Shown: positions 1-8,789 of the stretch, in pieces
Position numbering within the stretch: the stretch's first letter is position 1
How the letters are laid out: each line of letters starts with the position of its first letter
NCBI GenBank assembly: GCA_965659945.1
Contig: CBFHYJ010000003.1
Coordinates: 2,222-66,221 of the forward strand
Direction of reading: 5' to 3'
Origin: Sedimenticolaceae bacterium
GTDB lineage: Bacteria > Pseudomonadota > Gammaproteobacteria > Chromatiales > Chromatiaceae
DNA: 64,000 bases
Program-made: the position numbers and the translations under genes
The notes under the pieces: generated by a model
Databases searched by the model: none
Told to the model about the DNA's origin: nothing
Seen by the model: only the letters and a program-made list of their open reading frames with translations

Positions 1-768
1 CACTGACATGTTGTCGCTGTTTAGCACGCCATGTGCAAAACCCACCAGCTGCCATTTCGCCACTAACGCTGCAGTACGCTCAACAACCGTTTTAAGTAAG
101 ACGTGGTAAGGCTGTACGTTATCTTTGAGATCGGTGAAGTCATGATCGATCACATAATCCGCAAGCTGTTTAAGCTGAGCGTGTTGATCGCGGTAATAAA
201 AGATCTCGAAGTTACCAAAGCGCACAAAGCTTGGACTAACGCGCATCACAGTCGCACCGGTTTCAATCTGTTCGCGATAGACCTCTTCATCACTACCCAC
301 AAGCGCCAAAGCTCGCGTGGTTGGGATACCTAGGCCATGCATCGCCTCACTACACAAATACTCGCGAATACTTGAGCGAAGAACCGCTCGACCATCTGCA
401 CCGCGTGAATAAGGCGTGGGGCCTGCACCCTTGAGTTGCAACTCCCAATGCTGCCCATCAGGTCCGGCCATCTCACCGAGTAACAAAGCACGACCATCAC
501 CTAATTGTGGATTGTAGTGACCAAACTGATGACCTGAATACAACGCCGAGACGGGTTGGGTGCCTTCTAATTCAAAATGCCCCATGCACCACTGGGCAAA
601 ACCGGGGGTATACAACTCGGCCGTATCTAAGCCAAGCTCTTCGGCAAAAGCATCATTGGCACCGATCAAATACGGCGAGCTCATTGGTGTTGCTTTGACG
701 CGACTGTGGAAGTCGCTAGGCAACTGCGCAAAGCGGTTATTCCAGTTAAGCTGCTCGAGTTTTTTCAT
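1..768 (-). CDS. selO: SelO/YdiU-family protein adenylyltransferase, N-terminal 256 codons (gene continues past the window start)
   Basis: Absent from the ORF track because it runs off the window. My reverse-strand translation from the ATG (complement of 766-768) gives MKKLEQLNWNNRFAQLPSDFH...YSGHQFGHYNPQLGDGRALL...LQLKGAGPTPYSRGADGRAVLRSSIREYLCSEAMHGLGIPTTRAL. These are hallmark SelO/UPF0061 motifs. The frame stays open to position 1. Confidence 0.85.
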   Translation of the reverse strand, partial: MKKLEQLNWNNRFAQLPSDFHSRVKATPMSSPYLIGANDAFAEELGLDTAELYTPGFAQWCMGHFELEGTQPVSALYSGHQFGHYNPQLGDGRALLLGEMAGPDGQHWELQLKGAGPTPYSRGADGRAVLRSSIREYLCSEAMHGLGIPTTRALALVGSDEEVYREQIETGATVMRVSPSFVRFGNFEIFYYRDQHAQLKQLADYVIDHDFTDLKDNVQPYHVLLKTVVERTAALVAKWQLVGFAHGVLNSDNMSV

Positions 769-869
769 GCGCGCAGTGTCGGCGTTTAAAGGCTGTTCAT
801 CAACCTACTCAGGCAACGGTATTCTTATAATTGTTTTATTCTGCGATTCCGTATACTGCACACAATCCT

Positions 870-2135
870 ATGGGAGTTCGCGTGAACAGATTTTTCGCTA
901 CCGTATTATTGTTGATCATCTCTTACAGCGTATTTGCAGAAGAGCAGCTTATTGAGCTTACCGATGGTACTGAATTACCCGTTCAGACTTTCACTAGCGA
1001 AGGAAACTCGCTATTCATCTGGCTGCCTTCTGAATTTGGCTTATCACCGCGCTTTCAACAGCTCGCAGAACGCAACACCAAAGTGGGTATTGAAACTTGG
1101 ATACCGGATTACCACTCAGCATGGTTTATTCCACCCGGTCGTTACAGCCTGAATGAACTTGATCCACAGTACGTGGTGGAAGTCATTGATAAAGCGTTAA
1201 CTGATACGACTAAAGACATCTATCTGGTTAACTCGGGTCGCATGGCCGTTAAGGCGCTACAAGCGGCACGTCGCCTGCAAGATGGTCAACGCGATCTAAA
1301 ACGTTTGCGAGGTATGATCAGCATCAGTCCTCGGCTTTATCAAAGCACACCACAAGGCGGAGAGACGGCCGTCTTTTTACCTATCGCGAGTGGGAGCAAC
1401 CTACCCATCTATATTCTTCAACCTAAAGCAGCAGGCGGTTTCTGGCGTGTTGGCTTAGTTGCGGAAGAACTCGAGAAAGGTGGCAGCCCAGTGTTTTTAC
1501 AAACACTCGAGGATGTCGGCGATGGCTTTTTCTCACGTGAGAACTTCACCGATCTTGAAGCAAAGATGACGCAGCGCTTACCCGACATTCTTAAAGCTGC
1601 AACACAACAACTTAAGTTACTTGATAGCACACCCAGCATGGCATCACGCATGAGTGATGAAGAAGCTCAGCCTGAAAAACCCAGTGGCTCCGCCTTACTC
1701 AAACCATATCAAGGCGATGCCTACGCACTACCACTTAAGCTCGACACGCTAGATGGCAGATCAATTGATCTTGCTGAGCTTAAAGGCCAAGTTGTCTTAG
1801 TAAACTTTTGGGCGACATGGTGCCCACCATGCGTTGAAGAGATCCCCTCGTTAGAGCGTTTGTATCAAACGACAAAGCCTCGCGGCTTAGAGATTCTGGC
1901 GGTTGATGTGGGCGAGACCAAAGAGAAGATGCGTGAGTTCTTAAAAGATAAGCCGATCACTTTTCCGGTGTTGATGGATATTGATGGCAGTGCACTGAAA
2001 AGTTGGAATGTGCATGCCTTCCCAACCACGTTAATTCTCGATCGTCAGCACAAGATACGTTATGCCGGCTTTGGTGCTTTTGATTGGAGCGGCGCCGAGG
2101 TGCTTAAAACGTTAGAACCGCTGCTCCAAGATTAG
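870..2135 (+). CDS. Secreted two-domain protein: unassigned N-terminal domain fused to a C-terminal TlpA/ResA-type thioredoxin-fold thiol:disulfide oxidoreductase
   Basis: ORF track 831-2135. Signal-like N-terminus RFFATVLLLIISYSVFA-EEQ. The C-terminal part carries VNFWATWCPPCVEEIP (CxxC) and the cis-Pro region AFPTTLILD typical of TlpA/DsbE. Start is uncertain: ATG 870, or GTG 882 with GGGAG 5 nt upstream. Confidence 0.75.
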   Translation: MGVRVNRFFATVLLLIISYSVFAEEQLIELTDGTELPVQTFTSEGNSLFIWLPSEFGLSPRFQQLAERNTKVGIETWIPDYHSAWFIPPGRYSLNELDPQYVVEVIDKALTDTTKDIYLVNSGRMAVKALQAARRLQDGQRDLKRLRGMISISPRLYQSTPQGGETAVFLPIASGSNLPIYILQPKAAGGFWRVGLVAEELEKGGSPVFLQTLEDVGDGFFSRENFTDLEAKMTQRLPDILKAATQQLKLLDSTPSMASRMSDEEAQPEKPSGSALLKPYQGDAYALPLKLDTLDGRSIDLAELKGQVVLVNFWATWCPPCVEEIPSLERLYQTTKPRGLEILAVDVGETKEKMREFLKDKPITFPVLMDIDGSALKSWNVHAFPTTLILDRQHKIRYAGFGAFDWSGAEVLKTLEPLLQD

Positions 2136-2586
2136 GCGGTTCAATCTCCATCTCATCTGCCATCTTAGTGATGTCACGTCTGAGTAAAGCAGGAATGTGC
2201 GTTTGTTCCTTGAGCAAATCATTTAAGACTGCCTCTTTGTCATCTTTCCAAAGCCACTCACCGGCATGCCACATCGCTTTAGCGCAAATGATCTGCTGAT
2301 CACCTTGCTGCAACATCACCCGAAAATGACCCGACTGTAACTGATAGTCCGGCACAAAAACCCAGTAAGCATCAGATGGGCACAGCTCGATCAATACGTG
2401 TCGAGCGAATGTTTCGAAATGCGGGAGATCCTCTGCACTCGGTAATCCAGCCGCCCAGGCAAGCTGAGTTTTACCTTCTTTAAAACTAGCCAGCAAAACC
2501 TTGCCGCCATGCTGCTCTTGTAAACAGCGATTAAGCCAGGCTTCGACGGCATCGAGATCAAAAATAGGATTGTTATCAGTAGTCAT
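2104..2586 (-). CDS. Hypothetical protein, 160 aa, no recognisable family
   Basis: ORF track; ATG start and no competing long ORF. Its 3' end overlaps the convergent 870-2135 gene by 32 nt. It is divergent from the TraB-family gene. Confidence 0.5.
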   Translation of the reverse strand: MTTDNNPIFDLDAVEAWLNRCLQEQHGGKVLLASFKEGKTQLAWAAGLPSAEDLPHFETFARHVLIELCPSDAYWVFVPDYQLQSGHFRVMLQQGDQQIICAKAMWHAGEWLWKDDKEAVLNDLLKEQTHIPALLRRDITKMADEMEIEPPNLGAAVLTF

Positions 2587-2645
2587 ATGTTTTATCGCGT
2601 TGGCTTAACAGCACGAGTATCATGCCTAGCTTGCAGGAGAAGTTC

Positions 2646-3842
2646 ATGTCTAATAACCCTCATGTCACCGACCCTATTGTGCAAACGCACCTTGGTGACA
2701 ACCAAATTACCCTTTTGGGCACCGCGCATGTTTCGCGTAAAAGTGCAGAAACAGTTAGCCAGTTAATTGAGTCGGGTGGGTATGACGTGATCGCGATTGA
2801 GCTGTGTGGCAGCCGTCACCATGCACTCGCTAATCCTGACTCGCTCGCCAAAATGGATCTGCTGCAAGTCATCAAAGAAGGTAAAGCCGCGATGATCGCA
2901 GCCAATCTGGCGATGGGTGCTTTCCAACAACGTCTTGCTGAGCAGCATGGCATTCAGCCAGGTGCCGAAATGCGCGCGGCCATGGAAGGCGCTGAGCAAG
3001 CCAGTCTCCCTTTAGAACTGATTGATCGTGAGATAGGCACCACACTAAAACGTACCGCAGCCAACTTACCTTGGTGGAAACGTTGGGGATTGTTTGGTGG
3101 CATCATCGGCAGCCTTATCAGCAAAGAGGATGTCAGCGAAGACGAAATCGAAAAGCTCAAAGAAGGCGACATGCTTGAAACCGCCTTTGCTGAGTTCGCT
3201 GAAGATCGCCAAGATTTATTCATTCCCTTAATCGCTGAACGCGATACCTTCATGGCCGCTCGTCTCAAGCAGGTTGCTGAACAACATCCTGGCAAGCGTA
3301 TTCTGGCCGTCGTCGGTGCGGGTCACCTCAATGGCATGGAAAAAGAGTTACAACGCATCGAAGCGCCTGGCCCGATTGTCGATGAACTCAATCAACTGCC
3401 CAGCAAGTCGACCTGGCCCAAAATGATCCCTTGGGTGATTGTCGCGCTGGTCTTTTTGGGCTTTTATCTCGGCTTTTCACAGAACCAAGATTTGGGCTGG
3501 GAGCTGGTGAAAGACTGGATTGTCATCAATGGCACTTTATCCGCTCTCGGTGCGGCAATCGCCTTTGCCCATCCGCTGACCGTTCTCACTGCCTTTGTCG
3601 CCGCCCCCATCACCTCGCTCAACCCAACAATTGGCGCCGGCATGGTCACCGCAGCTGCCGAGCTTTGGCTTCGCAAGCCGCGTGTCAGCGACTTCAGCGC
3701 CTTGCGAAGCGACACCACCTCTCTGCGCGGCTGGTGGAAAAATAGGGTCTCTCGCACCCTACTCGTTTTCTTATTTAGCACCCTGGGCTCTGCCGCTGGC
3801 ACCTATATCGCGGGCTTCACGATTGTCGACAAGCTAAGCTAG
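2646..3842 (+). CDS. TraB/GumN (PrgY-like) family protein with C-terminal transmembrane region
   Basis: ORF track 2622-3842. ATG 2646 is preceded by AGGAG (2635-2639). Motifs ITLLGTAHVSRKSAETV and ILAVVGAGHLNGM are typical of the TraB family. The C-terminal third is hydrophobic with several predicted helices. Confidence 0.8.
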   Translation: MSNNPHVTDPIVQTHLGDNQITLLGTAHVSRKSAETVSQLIESGGYDVIAIELCGSRHHALANPDSLAKMDLLQVIKEGKAAMIAANLAMGAFQQRLAEQHGIQPGAEMRAAMEGAEQASLPLELIDREIGTTLKRTAANLPWWKRWGLFGGIIGSLISKEDVSEDEIEKLKEGDMLETAFAEFAEDRQDLFIPLIAERDTFMAARLKQVAEQHPGKRILAVVGAGHLNGMEKELQRIEAPGPIVDELNQLPSKSTWPKMIPWVIVALVFLGFYLGFSQNQDLGWELVKDWIVINGTLSALGAAIAFAHPLTVLTAFVAAPITSLNPTIGAGMVTAAAELWLRKPRVSDFSALRSDTTSLRGWWKNRVSRTLLVFLFSTLGSAAGTYIAGFTIVDKLS

Positions 3843-3968
3843 GGAATTCACTTAGGGATTCGCCCGCCCTTCCACTTCGCTTATTTCGGACTACATTTTA
3901 AGACCCGGCTAACGCCGGATTATCGACCGACATCCATCGGTCACCATCGGTTTGGCAGGAGCGTCGTC

Positions 3969-4058
3969 ATGCGAACACATATGCTGGAAACCTTAATGGC
4001 TAGTGCGGTATTACTCGCCGCAAACGCGATATGGCTAATAGGAGGCTTTTCTCAATAG
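3969..4058 (+). CDS. Candidate small hydrophobic protein (29 aa), unproven
   Basis: ATG 3969 is preceded by AGGAG (3957-3961, 7-nt spacer). It encodes MRTHMLETLMASAVLLAANAIWLIGGFSQ, one hydrophobic helix. It lies in the largest intergenic gap, upstream of a strong hairpin terminator. It is below the ORF-track size cutoff. Confidence 0.25.
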   Translation: MRTHMLETLMASAVLLAANAIWLIGGFSQ

Positions 4059-4150
4059 CTAGCTTTTATAAGGTTGGAAGCGTTCGACATGAAAGACGTA
4101 TCCCCCAAGCCGGTACTCACAACCTCCGCAAAGTGATTGTTAGTCTTTTA

Positions 4151-4182
4151 ACCCCTGCGTGGCCCCCACTCAGGGGTTTTTC
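4151..4182 (+). terminator. Rho-independent terminator hairpin (possibly bidirectional, also 3' of zapE)
   Basis: ACCCCTG ... CAGGGGT stem (4151-4177) with inner GTGG/CCAC pairs, followed by TTTTTC on the + strand. The zapE stop codon abuts it at 4183. Confidence 0.6.
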
Positions 4183-5262
4183 TTAGCCGACGTGAGAGCT
4201 ACTCAGATATTCGGGGGTTTGCATTTCGGTTAAGCGACTGACCGTGCGCTGGAATTCAAACGCGAGGCGCTCACCTTTATATAAACGCATCAAAGGCACT
4301 TCAGCGCTGATAACGACCTTCACTTTACGATCGTAAAACTCATCAATCAGGAAGATAAATCGACGAGTGCGATCATCGCGTGCAGCACCCATTGAAGGTA
4401 TGTTGCTAATGAATACTGTGTGATGACTGCGGGCTAGCTCAATGTAGTCATGCTGACTGCGTGGTGGCCCACACAAGGCTTCAAAATCAAACCAAGCTAA
4501 ACCTTCGGCATAATAACGGTAAGGCATCTCACGATTGTTAATGCGAATGATCTGATCGGTACTCACTTCACCAGTCGCAAGTTGCTCAAACTCATGCAAC
4601 ATCGCCGCATCTGACGCTTGGCCATGTGGCCAGTGATAGACCAAGGCTTGCGACATGATTTGCACACGGAAATCCCGATCGCCACCCATTGATACCACAT
4701 CCGTCTTTTGATTGAGCATCTCGATTGCTGGTAAAAAGCTGGCGCGCTGCAAGCCATCTTTATAGAGATCATCAGGATGCACGTTTGATGTTGTCAGTAG
4801 TACGACATTTTCTTCAAACAAAGCACGCAGTAAGCCCGCCAAAATCATCGCATCGCCGATATCCACAACGTGGAATTCATCAAGGCACAACACACGGGTG
4901 TCTTGAGCCATGTTTGCGGCTACTTTCTTCAGCGGATCTTTTTCACGTTTAATTTGGGTCAGCTCTGCATGCACCATCTGCATAAACCGATGGAAGTGCA
5001 ATCTAAGCTTTTGCTCTTCAGCTAAGGCATCAAAGAACATGTCCATCATCCAGGTCTTGCCGCGACCGACACCACCATAGATGTACAAACCTTTTATCGC
5101 TTGGGGCTTTGTTTTAACGAGAAAACTTTTCCAGGTTTTTGCTGGACGCTCAAAGAGCTGATCACTCACCCGTTGAAAGTGTTCGATTAATTTACGTTGG
5201 TCAGGGTCGTCATGAAGACCGGCAGCCGCGACGCGACTGGCGTAAAGCTCATCAAGTTGCAT
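4183..5262 (-). CDS. zapE: ZapE/AFG1-family ATPase (cell division factor ZapE)
   Basis: 359 aa. Walker A is GGVGRGKTWMMD and Walker B is VLCLDEFHVVD. Length and layout match the AFG1/YhcM family. Confidence 0.85.
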   Translation of the reverse strand: MQLDELYASRVAAAGLHDDPDQRKLIEHFQRVSDQLFERPAKTWKSFLVKTKPQAIKGLYIYGGVGRGKTWMMDMFFDALAEEQKLRLHFHRFMQMVHAELTQIKREKDPLKKVAANMAQDTRVLCLDEFHVVDIGDAMILAGLLRALFEENVVLLTTSNVHPDDLYKDGLQRASFLPAIEMLNQKTDVVSMGGDRDFRVQIMSQALVYHWPHGQASDAAMLHEFEQLATGEVSTDQIIRINNREMPYRYYAEGLAWFDFEALCGPPRSQHDYIELARSHHTVFISNIPSMGAARDDRTRRFIFLIDEFYDRKVKVVISAEVPLMRLYKGERLAFEFQRTVSRLTEMQTPEYLSSSHVG

Positions 5263-5268
5263 GCAAAC

Positions 5269-5613
5269 TTAATCGTCGTCGACAGGATAGTAACGGTCGT
5301 CCAAGTTAGCAGGGCACAAAACTGTACGCATAGTGCCAACTAGCTCGAGTAATTTACCATTACGAATTTTATAAAAAATGCGATTGGCATCTTTGCGCGA
5401 GGTCACAATATTTTTATTCCGCAGCTGCTCTAGATGCTGAGAAATATTACTTTGCGAGGTGCCCGTTTGTTCAACGATTTCACTTACTGATAACTCACGA
5501 TCACCTAAGGTGCAGAGAATTTTCCAACGCAGTGGATGCGCCATTGCCTTCAGGGCATTCGCAGTCATGGTTGGATCTTCATCGGATGGCAAATCGTTTA
5601 CTTCATCGTTCAT
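5269..5613 (-). CDS. ArsR/SmtB-family winged-helix transcriptional regulator (lacks the metal-binding CVC motif)
   Basis: 114 aa. The HTH region ELSVSEIVEQTGTSQSNISQHLEQLRNKNIVTSRKDANRIFYKI is typical of ArsR/SmtB. The position of the ArsR ELCVCDL motif reads ELSVSEI. Confidence 0.85.
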   Translation of the reverse strand: MNDEVNDLPSDEDPTMTANALKAMAHPLRWKILCTLGDRELSVSEIVEQTGTSQSNISQHLEQLRNKNIVTSRKDANRIFYKIRNGKLLELVGTMRTVLCPANLDDRYYPVDDD

Positions 5614-5639
5614 CTTGTCACCTAAGCTCTTAGTGAGTC

Positions 5640-6485
5640 TTAATCTTCCTCTATTTTACGATATCCCTGCATATTTTTTGCGATGCAAAGAATTTCATCT
5701 AATTCACCACTCTCAGTCGTGATAGCGGTGCGAGAAAATAAAATTGGGATACGTTTACCTAGCTTGTCGACCAGTGCCGCATCGATATCCTTCACAGCAC
5801 CTGCGCGAATCAACGCCTCCAGCCAAGTACCAAAGAACGCTTCTGCTTGCTCTTTACCATCTTCTTCGAAGACGTCGCTGATTTGCATACCCACAAGCTC
5901 TTCGGCGCTGTACGCAAGGAGCTTTTGAGCTGCTGGATTTGTTTCCTTAATCGCGCCCGCCGGTGTGAGCACAAACAATGCCTCACCCATATTGGCAAGA
6001 ATGTTACTCAAGTGCTGGTTAGCTTGATTGAGCTCAGCGGTGCGCTCTGCGACCTGCTGCTCGAGAATGACATTCAGCGAGCGCTCTTTTTCAATCAGGC
6101 GGAAATAGGTGCTGACCTTATTCAGGAACTGGTTATCGTCAATTGGCTTTAGCAGATAGTCTGCAGCACCGACATCGTAACCGCGTTTTTGAAACTCTTC
6201 TGTCTTAAAGGCTGCTGTCAAAAAGATGATCGGAATATCACGTGTCTTTTTACGCTGCTTAAGCATTTGTGCCGTTTCAAAACCATCAACTTCCGGCATC
6301 TGCACATCGAGAATAATCAAGTCAATATCTGGCGTGCTTTGTGCAATCTCAAGCGCTTGAGCACCACCGGTCGCTTCAACCAATTGCACCTGCATATTGT
6401 TTTCCAATAAGGCGCGCAAGGTGAACAGGTTGTCCGGGTTGTCATCAACCGCAAGAATTTTGAAATCTTGGTATTGCTGCGTCAT
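5640..6485 (-). CDS. Response regulator: receiver domain + coiled coil + PAS-like domain, no recognisable output
   Basis: Receiver motifs ILAVDDNPDN, LIILDVQMPEVDG, IFLTA and LLKP. These are followed by a helical linker and a PAS-like segment (GEALFVLTPAGAIKETNPAAQKLLAYSAEELVG). Confidence 0.85.
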   Translation of the reverse strand: MTQQYQDFKILAVDDNPDNLFTLRALLENNMQVQLVEATGGAQALEIAQSTPDIDLIILDVQMPEVDGFETAQMLKQRKKTRDIPIIFLTAAFKTEEFQKRGYDVGAADYLLKPIDDNQFLNKVSTYFRLIEKERSLNVILEQQVAERTAELNQANQHLSNILANMGEALFVLTPAGAIKETNPAAQKLLAYSAEELVGMQISDVFEEDGKEQAEAFFGTWLEALIRAGAVKDIDAALVDKLGKRIPILFSRTAITTESGELDEILCIAKNMQGYRKIEED

Positions 6486-6490
6486 TTTGA

Positions 6491-8755
6491 TTATTCGAGG
6501 TTGTCTCTAACTTGCTGGGTAAACGATTTCATGTCGTCGGACAATAACACGTTGGCATCAAAGCTGACTGCACTCCACAAGGTGTTTTCCCACGGATTTG
6601 AAGTCGATTTGATTATCATCAAGCGGAATGGTGTCTCTTGCGTCTTACGCAAAGATTGAAGTCGTTCATTCACATTATCAAGCACAGCATCCTGATCAAT
6701 AAGCAAGGCATCAATTGCGCCTTCTTCTTTCAACACATCCTCGGCCTCATCGAGGTCATCAATGAACAACACCTTACCCTGGCATGCATTGATTGCTTTA
6801 CTAATGCGTAATTGTCTGGCTATTGATGGCTCAATAACGAGCAGCCGCTTTGAGGATAAATCCGCTTGAACCACCTCTTCGATAGGCTCAACATCTTTAG
6901 CGTCATCAACCTGAAGCTTTACAGACTCAATGATTTCACCTGAGTCACAACTCAATGGTAACAAGATACTAAACGTAGCACCTTCATCAACTTGGCTTGA
7001 TAGTTGGATATCGCCTTGCATCAAACGCGCCAACTGACGACTTATCGTCAAACCCAAGCCCGTTCCACCATATTTTCGATTAGTGGAACCATCAGCCTGT
7101 TGAAAAGCGTCAAATATTTTCTTCTGCTTTTCAGGTGCGATACCAATGCCGCTATCAATTACTGAGAACATCACTGCATAAGGCTTTTCTGCTGGTGCGA
7201 CACGAAGCGTCACTTGACCTTGATCGGTGAACTTCAATGCATTGGCTAAGAAATTTTTCAAAATCTGACGCAGCTTATCCGCATCACTGCGTATCATCCT
7301 TGGCGCACCCTGCTGATGCTCCACCTTAAATGTGAGCTGCTTAGCTTGATATTGCGGCTCAAGCATCTCGTGCAAATCATCGACCAATTGCTGTACATCA
7401 ATTTGCTCACAGTGCACATCAAACTTACGCGCCTCAATTTTCGATAGATCAAGAATGTTATCGATCAAATTCTTTAGGTCATTCGCCGCTTTATGAATAA
7501 CGCCGGCCTGCTGCTTCTGCTTATCTTTGAGCTGAGCGTCTTCAGCCGCAAGCAGTTTTGACAGTAATAAAATTGAATTTAGTGGCGTTCTGAGCTCATG
7601 ACTGACATTGGCTAAGAACTCACTTTTATATTTATTACTGGCTTCAAGCTCTTTGGTGTGTGCCTTCTGTGCCTCAGCTTGCTCGGCATGTAGGGTTGAA
7701 AGCTTAGTCAGGTCGGATGACAACTCACGCAACTCTTTGGTGTCGTTCCAATCAAACTTAACTGCTTTACGTGACTCGAGTGTTTGACGAATACCGCCAA
7801 TCAGCTCATTGCTCAGTTTTTCTACACGACGAGCTACCAAGCGAGTCGAGAACAGCAGCAAGATAACCAAGCCCGCAATGATGGCTAAAACACGTTGCAC
7901 CATCTCACTTTGAAAATCGATCAACGGCTGCAAGCTAACTTCGCGTCCCACCCATAAAGGCGCACCTGAATCGGTGTAAAACATTGGCACCCAGATCACT
8001 CGGCGATCATTACTTTCCCAACTAACGATGCGTCGATTACTAAACAAGTCTTTCAGGCCGACGTAATCGATAAACGCATTGCTATCATGTGTTTGCATAC
8101 CGCCAAGCTGCACATACTCACCGGTATCCATAACCCACTGCGTTTTATCATCGCGCTGAGCGAGGCTTGTAATATCGACCGTGATGATGACCGCACCACC
8201 ACTCTTAACCTCAACCGGCGCCATCATCTGCAAACTCAGCGCGCCCTCTTTCTCGTCAATACTGACGGCAGAGAAAGTTACTTTGGTCAGATCACCCTGC
8301 TCGACCGCTTTACGCAATTCCGCTGAGACAGGGGGTAGATCTTCTTTTGGCGTGTACCAAGCCGCGGTGTCCTTATCGCGCAGTAACCACATCAAATCAT
8401 CACCGGCTTTATCAAGGAAGCGAATCTCGGTGATATCTCGCTCTTCACGCAAAATTCGATTTACCCATGCGGTATAGCGCTGACGATCTTGCTCAAGGCG
8501 ATCCTCTTGAATCTCAACCTCAGTGGTTAGCATTGCCGGATCAGGTAGACGAGCTAACAAACGTACATTGGCATTACGGTTTGCGAGGTGTTGGTCTAGA
8601 TCGATAAAGTCAGCACGCAAGTTCTGTAGAAATGCCTGTCGATAAAAGGTATCAACACGCTCAAGCACCAAGGGCAGATTAATCACCACCGCCATTAATA
8701 ACGGCATGGCTGCAAAGATGAATAAAAACAGTAAGATTCGGGTACGCATCGACAT
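6491..8755 (-). CDS. Membrane sensor histidine kinase with large extracytoplasmic region and degenerate C-terminal receiver-like domain
   Basis: H-box SHELRTPLNSI, G-boxes DSGIGI and GGTGLGLTISRQLARLMQG. There are two hydrophobic helices (N-terminal, and VLAIIAGLVILLLFS). The C-terminal receiver-like fold has LLVIEPS where the acidic DD pair is expected. The track ORF starts at GTG 8785, only 4 nt from truC, so I set the start at ATG 8755. Start is uncertain. Confidence 0.85.
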   Translation of the reverse strand: MSMRTRILLFLFIFAAMPLLMAVVINLPLVLERVDTFYRQAFLQNLRADFIDLDQHLANRNANVRLLARLPDPAMLTTEVEIQEDRLEQDRQRYTAWVNRILREERDITEIRFLDKAGDDLMWLLRDKDTAAWYTPKEDLPPVSAELRKAVEQGDLTKVTFSAVSIDEKEGALSLQMMAPVEVKSGGAVIITVDITSLAQRDDKTQWVMDTGEYVQLGGMQTHDSNAFIDYVGLKDLFSNRRIVSWESNDRRVIWVPMFYTDSGAPLWVGREVSLQPLIDFQSEMVQRVLAIIAGLVILLLFSTRLVARRVEKLSNELIGGIRQTLESRKAVKFDWNDTKELRELSSDLTKLSTLHAEQAEAQKAHTKELEASNKYKSEFLANVSHELRTPLNSILLLSKLLAAEDAQLKDKQKQQAGVIHKAANDLKNLIDNILDLSKIEARKFDVHCEQIDVQQLVDDLHEMLEPQYQAKQLTFKVEHQQGAPRMIRSDADKLRQILKNFLANALKFTDQGQVTLRVAPAEKPYAVMFSVIDSGIGIAPEKQKKIFDAFQQADGSTNRKYGGTGLGLTISRQLARLMQGDIQLSSQVDEGATFSILLPLSCDSGEIIESVKLQVDDAKDVEPIEEVVQADLSSKRLLVIEPSIARQLRISKAINACQGKVLFIDDLDEAEDVLKEEGAIDALLIDQDAVLDNVNERLQSLRKTQETPFRLMIIKSTSNPWENTLWSAVSFDANVLLSDDMKSFTQQVRDNLE

Positions 8756-8789
8756 GTGCACATTATGACCGCGACAGATCCACACGCCA

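Noticed and set aside
3843-4182. Could the large gap encode a known housekeeping RNA (tmRNA, RNase P RNA, 6S, 4.5S)?
   Set aside because: None of the conserved 5' or 3' ends or core motifs I remember for these RNAs is present. Examples are the tmRNA GGGGCTGA... start and tRNA-like ...CCA end, and the RNase P GGAAAGTCCGG core. It is kept only as a candidate small-ORF/sRNA unit.
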